From Candidatus Gottesmanbacteria bacterium (GTDB lineage Bacteria; Patescibacteriota; Microgenomatia; UBA10105; UBA927): a stretch of DNA of 64,000 nucleotides. Both the position numbers and the translations under genes were made by a program. Under the pieces are notes generated by a model. That model was not told the DNA's origin. It did not search any database and saw only the letters and a program-made list of their open reading frames with translations. Location: contig OY970230.1 of assembly GCA_963714095.1 (NCBI GenBank), positions 388,740 through 452,739 of the forward strand. The letters are read 5' to 3'. Positions 18,501 through 28,441 of this stretch are shown here, piece by piece. Within the stretch, counting starts at the first letter, position 1; each line of letters opens with the position of its first letter.

Positions 18501-19304
18501 CTACCTGCAAGTATACCACGCTGCTACGAGCTCAGCTATGTTGTCCGGAAACTTCTGGTCCGTCACATCAAACCAGTGAATATCCTTCTGCTTCTTAAAC
18601 CACGTCATCTGCCGGCGCACGTATGCGTGTTCATTTAAACCTATGGCGCTCATCGAAGGAAATTCCCGACCATATTTTTGGACTAATACTTCAACTTCTT
18701 TGTTCATTCCTTGACGTAAACGCTCCTTAAAACGCTTATCAATCCGCTTATCTAAAATCGGCAATGAAGCCGTAAGCCCGATGAGACAATAATCAAACGT
18801 CTGCAGTTTTTTTTGAAAAATTCGTTTAGATTTTTCTATTTCAATCTTGCGGATAAGACGGCGGGGATTATTCCAGTCTGACTGATTCATATCTCCGCGC
18901 GCAGTCTGTGCCTGAAGCTCGGCAACAGATAAAGTATAAAGTCTAGCGCGCAGTGCTGTGTTTGGAGGAATATCAATTGTGTCAAATGGATAAAGTAATG
19001 CTTTAATATATAATCCGCTTCCCCCTACAACAATTGGCAATTTGTGCCGTTCCAAAATATCTGCGATTTTCTGATTTGCAAGCTTCGTCCAATGGCTAAC
19101 ACTAAATTCTTCGTCAGGATTGACAATATCATAAAGCCAAATGGGCACATCAGGTCTATCTTTCCCCGTTACAAGATCCATTTCTTTATACACCTGTCGG
19201 GAATCTGCTGATATAAGTTCACCGTTAAATTTTTTGGCTAGTGTTGCGGCGAGCGCAGTCTTCCCTGTTGCCGTCGGGCCGCAGATAACCAGCAATCTAT
19301 TCAT
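18501..19304 (-). CDS. miaA: tRNA dimethylallyltransferase
   Basis: GPTATGKT, ISADSRQVY, VGGSGLY, RRQMTWF. Confidence 0.93.
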   Translation of the reverse strand: MNRLLVICGPTATGKTALAATLAKKFNGELISADSRQVYKEMDLVTGKDRPDVPIWLYDIVNPDEEFSVSHWTKLANQKIADILERHKLPIVVGGSGLYIKALLYPFDTIDIPPNTALRARLYTLSVAELQAQTARGDMNQSDWNNPRRLIRKIEIEKSKRIFQKKLQTFDYCLIGLTASLPILDKRIDKRFKERLRQGMNKEVEVLVQKYGREFPSMSAIGLNEHAYVRRQMTWFKKQKDIHWFDVTDQKFPDNIAELVAAWYTCR

Positions 19305-19308
19305 ATGT

Positions 19309-20430
19309 TCATATGTACGTACCATTTTTTAAATTTGTTTTATTGATGAGTTCCTCAAGGATCTTCCACCGCCGTTTCTTCTCACCGTGAGGAACATCGT
19401 CTTTAAACGATGTATGTGCCGCTGTCATCGGCCGGTCCGAGTACATGGCAACATATGCTTTGGAAAATTCAACCTTTTTTGCCAAACTCACGGTATTGTT
19501 AAATTGCGTTCTCGTCTCACCGCAAAAACCGACGATAATATCCGTGGAAATTGTAACGCCTGGAATTTTCTTTCTCAATTTTTTAACTAGTGCAAGATAT
19601 TCCTCCTTCGTATACCATCGGTTCATCCGTTTCAGCATTACGTTATCTCCCGACTGAACGGGCAAATGAATATGGCGGGAAATATTTATATTTCCTGCAA
19701 TTACCTCAATAAGTTCATCGGAAAAATCCCACGGATTACTGGAAATAAAATCGATAACCGTTAACCCTTTTATCTTACTGACCTCTTCCAGCAAATACGG
19801 AAATAAGGTAGGAATCCGAAGTCTGCCTAAATGCTTTACAAAAACAGGTTTAATATTTTTATATTTCAAATCCGAGCCATAGGAATTTACATTTTGTCCG
19901 ACAAGTGTAACCTGCGTATATCCTTGCTCTGCCAGCGCACGACATTCCGCCAAAATATCTTCGATCGGCCGGCTAATCTCTCTCCCACGGGTAAACGGCA
20001 CCACACAATAGGTACAGAAATTATTGCACCCGTTTGTAATGGGAACCAACACATGAGTTGCATTTGTCCGGACCGGCGCATAATCAAAACCGACTTCTTC
20101 AATCGGTAAAAATTCGTCAACCGTGGGCATCCGCCTCTGAAGACGTAGGAGCATTTTGCCGGTCTTTTCTCTGGCTGCCATGCCGACCATGCATCCCGTA
20201 ACAACAACCTTTATATTTCTACCTTGTTGTTTTTCTTTCGACAAATTATGAATAAGCCCGTATACCCGGTTTTCAGCTTTTTCGCGAATCATGCAGGTGT
20301 TGATAATAATATCGTCGGCATCTTTAACCGATTTTGCTGGCGTATATCCGCGGGCTTCATACTGAGCCGCTACGCGCTCGCTGTCCGCCTCATTAGCAGC
20401 GCAACCAAACGTCACAATGTGGTATTTCAT
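19309..20430 (-). CDS. miaB: tRNA methylthiotransferase MiaB-like (no C-terminal TRAM domain)
   Basis: TFGC..N..DSE, NTC.IRE.AE, GCNNFCTYC, GQNVNSY, HLPVQSG, TDIIVGF; adjacent to miaA. Confidence 0.9.
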   Translation of the reverse strand: MKYHIVTFGCAANEADSERVAAQYEARGYTPAKSVKDADDIIINTCMIREKAENRVYGLIHNLSKEKQQGRNIKVVVTGCMVGMAAREKTGKMLLRLQRRMPTVDEFLPIEEVGFDYAPVRTNATHVLVPITNGCNNFCTYCVVPFTRGREISRPIEDILAECRALAEQGYTQVTLVGQNVNSYGSDLKYKNIKPVFVKHLGRLRIPTLFPYLLEEVSKIKGLTVIDFISSNPWDFSDELIEVIAGNINISRHIHLPVQSGDNVMLKRMNRWYTKEEYLALVKKLRKKIPGVTISTDIIVGFCGETRTQFNNTVSLAKKVEFSKAYVAMYSDRPMTAAHTSFKDDVPHGEKKRRWKILEELINKTNLKNGTYI

Positions 20431-20450
20431 AGTGGTATTCTACCAGAAGA

Positions 20451-21203
20451 TTAGGTGTTGAGTATAAATTTCTCAATCACGGTTGCCACACCGTCGTCTT
20501 CCACTGAAGGCGCGATGAAATCCGCGATTGCTTTAAGCTCCGGCACTGCATTGCCCATAGCGATTTTTAATCCGCACGCCATAAGAAGGGGAAAGTCATT
20601 ATATCCATCCCCTACCCCAATCATTTCATGAGTCTGAATGCCAAGCAGGCCGGCAACCTCTGCGATGCCGTGCAATTTTGATGCTTCTTTAGAAACAACG
20701 TCCAGACACTCAAACTGTTCATCCCAGGCCTTCATCCGATGCAATGAAATATCAGGAATCCCTTCGAGTATTTTATGAATGTTATGATATGTTTCAATTG
20801 TTAATTGGGGAAAATACACTCCGACTACTTTTTTTGGGACATGCACCCCATCGAATGGAACCTCATTCACTCCGTTGAAAACTTTCAATTCTACATCATA
20901 CTTTTTTGCCGTATCAAAAACTATTTTCATTGCATGTTTCGGAAATAATTTTTCTATTACAATTTTATTCTTCTTAGGGTCATAAATTTGAGTACCGCTT
21001 GAAAGAACACAATACCCGCCTAAATCTAAATGTTCAATAATAGTATGTGTCACCCGTAAGGTCCGTGATGTCGCTAAACAAACGGATACTCCTGCTTGCT
21101 TACATTTATTAATAGCGTCCGTAACGCGGGGTGAAGGTAAATTATCAACGCCGTGAATCACCGTCGTTCCGTCTACATCCAAAAATAAGGCTTTATACTT
21201 CAT
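20451..21203 (-). CDS. Cof-type HAD hydrolase
   Basis: FLDVDGT, ATSR, SK..GI, GDGYND, AMGNA. Confidence 0.92.
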   Translation of the reverse strand: MKYKALFLDVDGTTVIHGVDNLPSPRVTDAINKCKQAGVSVCLATSRTLRVTHTIIEHLDLGGYCVLSSGTQIYDPKKNKIVIEKLFPKHAMKIVFDTAKKYDVELKVFNGVNEVPFDGVHVPKKVVGVYFPQLTIETYHNIHKILEGIPDISLHRMKAWDEQFECLDVVSKEASKLHGIAEVAGLLGIQTHEMIGVGDGYNDFPLLMACGLKIAMGNAVPELKAIADFIAPSVEDDGVATVIEKFILNT

Positions 21204-21210
21204 GAGGAAA

Positions 21211-21984
21211 TTATTTTCCGACAATAACCTGCACGTCAGCGGATGCGCTTGAAGATAAATCCGCGGCAACGGTGCTTAAAGTATACGTATCCTTCAAATC
21301 CGCCTGAAGATTTGCGATTGCATCTGTCATCGTGGCTTTCCCGTGAATTTCCGTTGTTGTATACGTATACTCGTCCGTATTGCCTGTCGCAGACACCTTA
21401 TACCCCTTACCCTCCAGAAAGGTCTTCATTTTCCCGGCTGCACCAGCGGTCCCGCCGCCGTTTAATACCTGTATTGAAAATGATGTTTTATCAACGGTCT
21501 TCGGTGCCGGCGTCGGGGTTGCAGTCGGCGCAGCTGTCGGCGTCGGGGTGGGACGCGCAAACAATTTCATTGGAGACGTTTTCTTTGCTACGGCAAATAA
21601 AATTCCTCCTGTCGCGAGAGCAACTATTATGGTAACTATTGCCCACACTAACAACGATGCGGGTCTCTTTTTATGTACGGAGATTTCCGGCATAACACCC
21701 GGTTGTTTCTCCGTCGTATACAGCTCCTCAACCATTGATTTCCGAGTTGGAACTTCCTGATGTTCCTGCTCTTCCGGCGGACTCACGGGCGGCTGATCCT
21801 CTGTCGGCGGTAAATCCTGTACCGGCTCGGCTGGCGGCGGCATCTCAGGATCCTCCTCGACGACTTCCACAACCTGTGTGACAGGAGGACGCTCGTCGTC
21901 TGCGGGTTTCTCTTCCGGCAAACCATCAGGAGCCGCTTGCGCAGTCATCTTGTGAACCGCTGTTTTACGTCTTCGTGATGGCAT
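21211..21984 (-). CDS. Membrane protein with LytR C-terminal domain
   Basis: Acidic/Pro-rich N-terminus, one TM, PT linker, IQVLNGGGTAGAA...DVQVIVGK. Confidence 0.85.
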   Translation of the reverse strand: MPSRRRKTAVHKMTAQAAPDGLPEEKPADDERPPVTQVVEVVEEDPEMPPPAEPVQDLPPTEDQPPVSPPEEQEHQEVPTRKSMVEELYTTEKQPGVMPEISVHKKRPASLLVWAIVTIIVALATGGILFAVAKKTSPMKLFARPTPTPTAAPTATPTPAPKTVDKTSFSIQVLNGGGTAGAAGKMKTFLEGKGYKVSATGNTDEYTYTTTEIHGKATMTDAIANLQADLKDTYTLSTVAADLSSSASADVQVIVGK

Positions 21985-22022
21985 ATTCTTAGTGTATCAC
22001 ATTCTTTTATTTTGTCACGTAA

Positions 22023-22814
22023 CTAGCTGGACGCGGAACTATATTTCGTCAGTGCAACATTCCAAAGCCGGAAACAGATGAGAAAAAATACGATTCCTAA
22101 AACAAGAGACCCGATAATGACCCACGGCGTCAGCAAACCCAAATAGGCTTTTGCGGGTATGGTCATCATAACGCCGACGGGTATAATAAATGTAAGTATT
22201 GTCCGCATGGGCTCGCGGTAAATATCGACCGGTACACGTCCCATGCTCGTGAGATCACGGTAAATCATCACCGCATGGTCTATTTCCGTAGTCACGACCG
22301 CCAGTGCCAAAACCAAAATATGGAATCCTGTTGCAATCAGCAGTCCGTTTGCAAGAAGCAGGATGTATAGCGCCACATGGGCAAGAGAAAGTGTTCCGAG
22401 TTTTCCGGCGATAAATATAAGAATCGCAATATACGGGATAAGCATAAGCAAATCCAGAGGATCAGCCCCTCCCGCCAGTGCGCGGAATAAGGGGTTCATG
22501 GGTTTTACCAATACCAAATCAAAATCGCCGCTCACGACCATCGGCCGGAAGCGGTACACCTCACGGAAAAATAACTGCGTGATTGTATCGATCATCGTGA
22601 ATGTCAGAAAGAAAAATGAAAATTGGATGACCCCGAAATTCGCGAGTTGCTTGGTTTGAGCAAAAAGGACAAAGATGAATCCGAGCATGAGCGCAAACCG
22701 TAAAACTTTGCCCAACAAAAATATGAACGCGTTAAATTTGCTCGTTAACGAAATAAGAAACGAATTCTCCGTTAATTTAAGCCAAAGACGCAGATATTTA
22801 CCAAACGTTTTCAT
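22023..22814 (-). CDS. ABC-2 family permease (DUF990 type)
   Basis: GDFDLVLVKP, P..IY, C-terminal YSSASS. Confidence 0.88.
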   Translation of the reverse strand: MKTFGKYLRLWLKLTENSFLISLTSKFNAFIFLLGKVLRFALMLGFIFVLFAQTKQLANFGVIQFSFFFLTFTMIDTITQLFFREVYRFRPMVVSGDFDLVLVKPMNPLFRALAGGADPLDLLMLIPYIAILIFIAGKLGTLSLAHVALYILLLANGLLIATGFHILVLALAVVTTEIDHAVMIYRDLTSMGRVPVDIYREPMRTILTFIIPVGVMMTIPAKAYLGLLTPWVIIGSLVLGIVFFLICFRLWNVALTKYSSASS

Positions 22815-22815
22815 A

Positions 22816-23610
22816 CTACCGACCTTCCGCCGTATATACGCGCAGCCCCTTCTGCCACATAACCCGCACAGCCAGGGCAAAAAACCCGATCCAGAGGAAC
22901 GCCCCGGCAAACCCGGTAATAAGATCCCAACCGGTAACTTTTCCCAAATAGATACCCAGGGGGAAATACATAAAATAGTAGAACGGCAGAATTTTTGCGA
23001 TGAGAAAAAGCGTTTTCGGAAGTATATCCAAGGGAAATATGCTTCCTGCTAAAAACTCCATGATCACCATTGATAAAAACCGCGGCGCCCACACATCCTG
23101 CGTCCAGAACCCCATGAACCCGAAAATCATATTATAGAGAAAATATAACGCCATCCCCAAACCTGCAGCCGCAAGTGCCGTGAGAACGGCCATCGGATTC
23201 CCTTGGATAAATAATGGCGGCCGCAGAATTATAAGCAATACGCTCACCTCAACAATGGAGCAGAGTAAATTCAATAGTTTATCGCCGATATCCCGGGCGA
23301 TGTAATAGGAAAAAAATGAAAAAGGCCGCACTAAATGATTGGACAGGGTTCCTTCATCAATAATGTCCCCTATTTCCATGGTTGTGGTCCCCAAAACAAT
23401 TGTCTGCACGACGGAACTTAAAAGAACATACGTCAGCATCATGGATTCCGTATACCCGGCAAATATCTGCCGGTTGGTGAATATCGCCCACCAGAGAAAA
23501 TAGGTCACCAATATCTGCATCACCATCCGTACCCGCCACAGAAAAAAATTCAGGCGGTACACCATATACTCTTCCCACGTGTCCTTAATAATCTGGAAAT
23601 ATGTTTTCAC
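22816..23610 (-). CDS. ABC-2 family permease (DUF990 type)
   Basis: YRLNF, G.LS.HLVRP, G.IFPLD.LP, LPF, YTAEG. Confidence 0.88.
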   Translation of the reverse strand: MKTYFQIIKDTWEEYMVYRLNFFLWRVRMVMQILVTYFLWWAIFTNRQIFAGYTESMMLTYVLLSSVVQTIVLGTTTMEIGDIIDEGTLSNHLVRPFSFFSYYIARDIGDKLLNLLCSIVEVSVLLIILRPPLFIQGNPMAVLTALAAAGLGMALYFLYNMIFGFMGFWTQDVWAPRFLSMVIMEFLAGSIFPLDILPKTLFLIAKILPFYYFMYFPLGIYLGKVTGWDLITGFAGAFLWIGFFALAVRVMWQKGLRVYTAEGR

Positions 23611-24578
23611 ATTCGGGTAAAGACATCGCGGATAATATCCTCAATATCCGGTTCCTCAATGTTGAGATCTTCAACGGGAAATTTCTGTAAAATCTGCGCT
23701 GCTGCCACATTGGATGCGCTTCGCGGCACACGGATGACCGCCTTGGGAAAATTGTAATCCACCAGCTGCCCGACTTCAGCAAGTTTATTAGGCGCGACGT
23801 ATGTCTCAAGGACCACGGATAACACTTTATACTTTGCAAACTTTTTTACCAGATTATCAAGTTTTCCGTCATACAGAATCGTCCCGTGATCAATGATAAT
23901 CACGCGTTTAGCCAGCTGTCTCACGTCCTCCATATAATGTGATGTCAGCAATATCGTTGATTTCCGCATTTGATTATATGCCTGGATAAAATCCCGCATT
24001 TTCTTCTGCATCACGACGTCAAGTCCGATTGTGGGCTCATCCAAAAATAATACTTTCGGCGAATGGATAAGTGCCGCGATAAGTTCCATCTTCATGCGCT
24101 CTCCTAAGGAGAGCTTGCGCACCTGAACCTTTAAAAGTTTTTCCACCTCAAGAAGCTCGACAAGTTCCGAAAGCGTTTTATGATATTCACCATCGGGAAT
24201 CTCATAAATTTCCTTATTCAGAAGAAACGTTTCCGCCGCCGGCAGATCCCACCATAACTGGTTTTTCTGTCCCATGACGAGCGCGATCTGTTTTAAAAAT
24301 TTATTTTTCCGCGCGCTCGGCGTATACCCTAATACGGAAACATTCCCGCTCGTCGGGTACAATAAACCGGAAAGACATTTGAGCGTTGTGGTTTTGCCGG
24401 CTCCGTTTGGCCCGATAAATCCGACAAGTTCCCCTTCGTCGATTTCAAAGGAAATATTATTTACTGCTTTTACCGTCTGATATTTCCTGGCGAATAATGA
24501 TTTGAGTGACCCGAAAAGTCCCGCGTCTTTCTGAAACGTCTGGTAGTTTTTGGAAAGATGGGAAACGGAGATAATCAT
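23607..24578 (-). CDS. ABC transporter ATP-binding protein
   Basis: GPNGAGKTT, LSLGERM, LDEPTIGLD, TSH. Confidence 0.95.
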   Translation of the reverse strand: MIISVSHLSKNYQTFQKDAGLFGSLKSLFARKYQTVKAVNNISFEIDEGELVGFIGPNGAGKTTTLKCLSGLLYPTSGNVSVLGYTPSARKNKFLKQIALVMGQKNQLWWDLPAAETFLLNKEIYEIPDGEYHKTLSELVELLEVEKLLKVQVRKLSLGERMKMELIAALIHSPKVLFLDEPTIGLDVVMQKKMRDFIQAYNQMRKSTILLTSHYMEDVRQLAKRVIIIDHGTILYDGKLDNLVKKFAKYKVLSVVLETYVAPNKLAEVGQLVDYNFPKAVIRVPRSASNVAAAQILQKFPVEDLNIEEPDIEDIIRDVFTRM

Positions 24579-24599
24579 GATAGTATTATACCTTACTCC

Positions 24600-24634
24600 A
24601 AAAAAGAACCCAGCTGCTCGTGAGCGGCTGGGCC
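24600..24634 (-). terminator. Intrinsic terminator after hup
   Basis: Minus strand CCCAGCCGCTC-ac-GAGCAGCTGGG followed by TTCTTTTTT. Confidence 0.75.
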
Positions 24635-24660
24635 TTTCTGTTTAAGTTTTAGGTAACGGT

Positions 24661-24933
24661 TTACCGAACAACTTTTTTTAATGCCTTACCTGCTGTAAAC
24701 CCCGGAGTTTTTCGTGCCGGAATATTAATCGGCGCTCCCGTCTGTGGGTTTCTGCCTGTCCGTGATTTTCTCGAGCGGACCATAAATGTACCAAATCCCG
24801 TGACGACTACTTTGTCGCCTTTCTTAAGTGCATCAGTGATGCCTCCAAAAACGGCTGCGACTGACTCACGTGCTGCTTTTGCAGTAAGACTGGCTTTCTT
24901 GGCCACTACTTCTACCAAATCTGCTTTTGTCAT
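24661..24933 (-). CDS. hup: DNA-binding protein HU
   Basis: MTKADLV, GFGTF, GRNPQTG; SD GGAGGTG; promoter TTGACA-17-TACATT at 25046-25018. Confidence 0.97.
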   Translation of the reverse strand: MTKADLVEVVAKKASLTAKAARESVAAVFGGITDALKKGDKVVVTGFGTFMVRSRKSRTGRNPQTGAPINIPARKTPGFTAGKALKKVVR

Positions 24934-25095
24934 AGAATTATAATTCACCTCCTCTTGGGCAGAGGGATAGAACAAGAAATTTTTTTTAAGGGATTGCTGC
25001 AGCAATCTTTCAGAGGCAATGTAAAGAATTTAGCGTGCTCTGTCAATATATCAATTTTTTTAGATTGACAGTATGCGCTAAAAGTTAAATTATTT

Positions 25096-26592
25096 TTATT
25101 TAGCTATCTCTGTTGCTCTTAATTCCCGGATGACGGAAATTTTGATTTGGCCGGGATATGTCAGTTTTTCCTCAACCTCTTTTTTAATTTCCTGTGCCAT
25201 CAGCGTTGCTGCTGCATCGTCAACAGTGCCGGGATCAACAACGACACGGATCTCGCGTCCTGCCTGGAATGCGAATGCCTCGTTCACGCCTTTATGCGCT
25301 TTGGCGATTGCTTCCAAATCCGTCAAACGCTTGATATATTCTTCAACATTTTCGTTTCGTGCCCCAGGACGTGATCCGGAAATCGCATCCGCTATATACA
25401 CGAGCATCGATTCGCTGGATGTAAACGGCGTATCTTCATGGTGCTGTGCCACACAATCAATAACTTTTTGCGGCATGCCGTATTTTTTCAAAAGCTCAAC
25501 ACCCAGATCAACGTGGGATCCCTCGCGGTCCATAATGACCTTACCGATATCATGAAGTAAACATCCCAATCGAACTACGTTAACATCTGCTCCCACCTCA
25601 CGGGCGAGGGCGATACCGATCTTCGTTTCCTCCAGTGTGTGGGCGATCATATTTTGCCCGTAGGAGAAACGATATTTAAAACGGCCGAGATGTGCAACGA
25701 TTGGTGCGGGCAAATTGTAGACGCCAACGGCATGACAGAGTTTCTGCCCTTCCTCAAACATAATCCGTTCAACTTCTTTCCGTACCTGTTCAACAATTTC
25801 TTCAATACGCCCCGGCTGCACTCTGCCGTCGCGTAGTAACCGCTCCATGGTCACGCGGGCAATCTCGCGGCGGACGGGGTCAAAACACGATAAGCGGATG
25901 ACGCCTTCTTCATCCAAATCCACGTCCACCCCCGTTGCCGTTTCAAACGCACGGATATTCCGGCCTTCTTTTCCGATAATCCGGCCTTTCATCTCCTCAT
26001 CAGTTAGTTTAATCACCGAAACGGTGTATTCGGCAACATAATCAGTCGCGCCGTGGCGCATAGCATCAACAAGAATTTCTTTTGCTTTCTCATCTGCTTC
26101 TTCGCGGGCTCGGTCGGCTGACTCCCGAACCTCACGGGCCAGATTTTCTTTCAGCTGGTCCCGCATCGCATCCATAATAACCGCCCGCGCTTCGTCACGG
26201 GTTAAATGCGCGACATTCTCCAATTTATCGATATGCTCCTGCTTGAGTTTTTCTATTTCCGCAGCCTTCGTCTCCGATTGCAATTCCAAATTCTTCAGTC
26301 GCAGATCACGGTCTTCCAATGCGCCTTCTTTACGCTCGATATCAATTAATTTCCTGCGCGACTCTTCCTCTGCGTCACGACGGATTTTAAACGCTTCATC
26401 TTTTGCCTCCACAATAAGCTCCCGCGCCTTTGCTTCAGCAATTTTGACAACTGCCTGTGTGTCAATGGATATTGGAGGTGCCTTTTGTTTTACCGGTTGT
26501 GCTTTCTGCTGTGTACTGACTTGCGGAACAGGGGCGATACCCGATTTTTTATTTTTCACTAACCCGGAAAGGGTCTTTAGTACTTCAAACAT
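25096..26592 (-). CDS. rny: Ribonuclease Y
   Basis: Coiled coil, KH KGRIIGKEGRNIR, HD LLHDIGK, ADAISGSRPGAR, YPGQIK. Confidence 0.97.
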   Translation of the reverse strand: MFEVLKTLSGLVKNKKSGIAPVPQVSTQQKAQPVKQKAPPISIDTQAVVKIAEAKARELIVEAKDEAFKIRRDAEEESRRKLIDIERKEGALEDRDLRLKNLELQSETKAAEIEKLKQEHIDKLENVAHLTRDEARAVIMDAMRDQLKENLAREVRESADRAREEADEKAKEILVDAMRHGATDYVAEYTVSVIKLTDEEMKGRIIGKEGRNIRAFETATGVDVDLDEEGVIRLSCFDPVRREIARVTMERLLRDGRVQPGRIEEIVEQVRKEVERIMFEEGQKLCHAVGVYNLPAPIVAHLGRFKYRFSYGQNMIAHTLEETKIGIALAREVGADVNVVRLGCLLHDIGKVIMDREGSHVDLGVELLKKYGMPQKVIDCVAQHHEDTPFTSSESMLVYIADAISGSRPGARNENVEEYIKRLTDLEAIAKAHKGVNEAFAFQAGREIRVVVDPGTVDDAAATLMAQEIKKEVEEKLTYPGQIKISVIRELRATEIAK

Positions 26593-26597
26593 AGTGT

Positions 26598-26738
26598 TAT
26601 GAAGATTTAAGGAAGAAGAAGTGCAGCAACAACGCCGTGATTACACGGCATAATGTGTAGGTGTGAATTCAAAAAATATCGAAGTGTTCATAATCCTACA
26701 AATTGCTGTTTCAATCTCCAAAAATCTACGTATTTACT
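26598..26738 (-). ncRNA. Candidate structured RNA upstream of rny (6S-like rod or rny leader)
   Basis: Nested complementary blocks AGATTT/AAATCT, CAGCAA/TTGCTG, TGTAGG/CCTACA and side hairpin GCCGTG/CACGGC; -10 TACAAT at 26750-26745. Confidence 0.45.
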
Positions 26739-26756
26739 CTCCATATTGTACGCCTC

Positions 26757-27233
26757 TCACTCTCTTCCGTCAATGAGCTTACGGATTGTTTCGAAGTCAA
26801 ATCCACGCCTGCCCAGGTAGTCATACAGCTTCTTCTTACGTGCCAATGTGGGCAGCTTCGTCCAAAGAGGCATCTTCTTCTCAACAGCCTGTTTAGCGGC
26901 CGCCAGAAGGCTCACAGAGCCCCGTGAGGCCAAAACTGAGTCAGTGACCGCTTCCGGCACTCCTTTAGCTCTCAATTCCATCTTAATAAACCTATTCCCC
27001 TTTGGCTTAAACTCTGTGCGCTGCGAAACCCACCATTCTGTAAACTTCACGTCGTCCGCGTATCCTAATTCTTCCATTCGACCTATAACTTTAGATACTA
27101 GCCCGGCGCCGGATATTTTATACCGGGTACATTTCTTATTCAGGAAATCCGTAAGCTCTTTAACGCTTCGCCGACGGAACGATACATACCGTATCGCGGC
27201 ATTCATGAGGAGTTCGTAATACGGATTATCCAT
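26757..27233 (-). CDS. recX: Regulatory protein RecX
   Basis: RRRSVKEL, GYADD.KF, I.MELRAKGV, YL.RRGF. Confidence 0.9.
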   Translation of the reverse strand: MDNPYYELLMNAAIRYVSFRRRSVKELTDFLNKKCTRYKISGAGLVSKVIGRMEELGYADDVKFTEWWVSQRTEFKPKGNRFIKMELRAKGVPEAVTDSVLASRGSVSLLAAAKQAVEKKMPLWTKLPTLARKKKLYDYLGRRGFDFETIRKLIDGRE

Positions 27234-27236
27234 GGC

Positions 27237-27313
27237 TGGTCGGGGTGGGCAGACTTGAACTGCCAACCGCTCGCACCCCATGCGAGTGCGCTAGCCAATT
27301 GCGCCACACCCCG
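27237..27313 (-). tRNA. tRNA-Pro (GGG)
   Basis: CGGGGTGTGGCGCAATTGGCTAGCGCACTCGCATGGGGTGCGAGCGGTTGGCAGTTCAAGTCTGCCCACCCCGACCA; cloverleaf with encoded CCA. Confidence 0.97.
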
Positions 27314-27391
27314 ATTGATTGCTTGTATTCTATCATCTTTTATGTAAAAATGGGATAATTCTTCAGCTTGCCCGAGATAAGGAGATCTATT

Positions 27392-28426
27392 ATGCCAGTC
27401 GATGCAAAAGTTCAGGCAGTCAAACTTGCGATGGAACAAATCGAGAAACAATATGGCAAGGGTTCCATCATGAAGCTCGGCGAGAAAAGTGCGCACATGG
27501 CTATTGATGTTATTCCCACCGGCATATTACCGCTTGATTTAGCATTGGGTGTCGGCGGATTACCGCGCGGAAGAATCGTAGAAATCTACGGACCCGAAGC
27601 ATCAGGAAAAACAACCGTCTGTTTATCCACGATTGCGGAAGCGCAAAAAGCAGGAGGGACCGCCGCATTTATTGATGCCGAACACGCGCTTGACCCGCAA
27701 TGGGCGGAAATTTTGGGCGTCAAACTAGATGATCTTCTTATTTCCCAACCGGATACAGGCGAACAGGCCTTGGAAATTACCGAAACGCTCATAAGAAGCG
27801 GCGGCGTAGATATTATTGTCATCGATTCCGTTGCGGCATTGGTGCCGAGGGCGGAAATCGAGGGAGAAATGGGTGACAGCATGATGGGCGTCCATGCCCG
27901 GCTTATGTCGCAGGCGTTACGGAAACTGACCGCCGTTATCTCGCGATCAAAGGCGGTTGTCATATTCACGAATCAATTGCGTCAGAAAATCGGCGTGATG
28001 TTCGGAAACCCGGAAACCACGACCGGCGGCATGGCACTGAAGTTTTATACAAGCATCCGCATGGATTCACGGAAAATTGAATCACTCAAAGATGGTGACA
28101 AGGTGATCGGAAGCCGGCACCGCGTGCGCGTGGTTAAAAATAAAGTCTCTCCCCCATTCCGGTTTGCGGAATTTGACGTCATGCATGACGGTGTATCACA
28201 GGAAGGCGGACTTATTGATGTTGGACTGGAGTTTAATATCTTAACCAAATCCGGCGCGTTCCTCAAATACGGGGCTCAGATGCTCGGACAGGGACGCGAA
28301 GCTGCAAAACTCTACCTCAAAGAAAATCCGAAAGTAGTCAAGGAAATCACCGACGCAATTTGGAAAGTCGTCCGCGAAGGCCGCGCCGCCTCCAAAGTCG
28401 CCATGGGAGTGGAAGAGGAAGAATAA
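27392..28426 (+). CDS. recA: Recombinase RecA
   Basis: [40 protein letters not shown]. Confidence 0.99.
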   Translation: MPVDAKVQAVKLAMEQIEKQYGKGSIMKLGEKSAHMAIDVIPTGILPLDLALGVGGLPRGRIVEIYGPEASGKTTVCLSTIAEAQKAGGTAAFIDAEHALDPQWAEILGVKLDDLLISQPDTGEQALEITETLIRSGGVDIIVIDSVAALVPRAEIEGEMGDSMMGVHARLMSQALRKLTAVISRSKAVVIFTNQLRQKIGVMFGNPETTTGGMALKFYTSIRMDSRKIESLKDGDKVIGSRHRVRVVKNKVSPPFRFAEFDVMHDGVSQEGGLIDVGLEFNILTKSGAFLKYGAQMLGQGREAAKLYLKENPKVVKEITDAIWKVVREGRAASKVAMGVEEEE

Positions 28427-28441
28427 AAACTTCTGTAAGAC

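Noticed and set aside
21500-21560. Short repeats GTCGGCG/GTCGGGGT
   Set aside because: Encode a Pro/Thr/Ala linker in the LytR_C protein; not a DNA-level repeat element.
27237-27313. tRNA-Pro as an integration site
   Set aside because: No integrase and no duplicated tRNA 3' end noticed; flanked by core genes.
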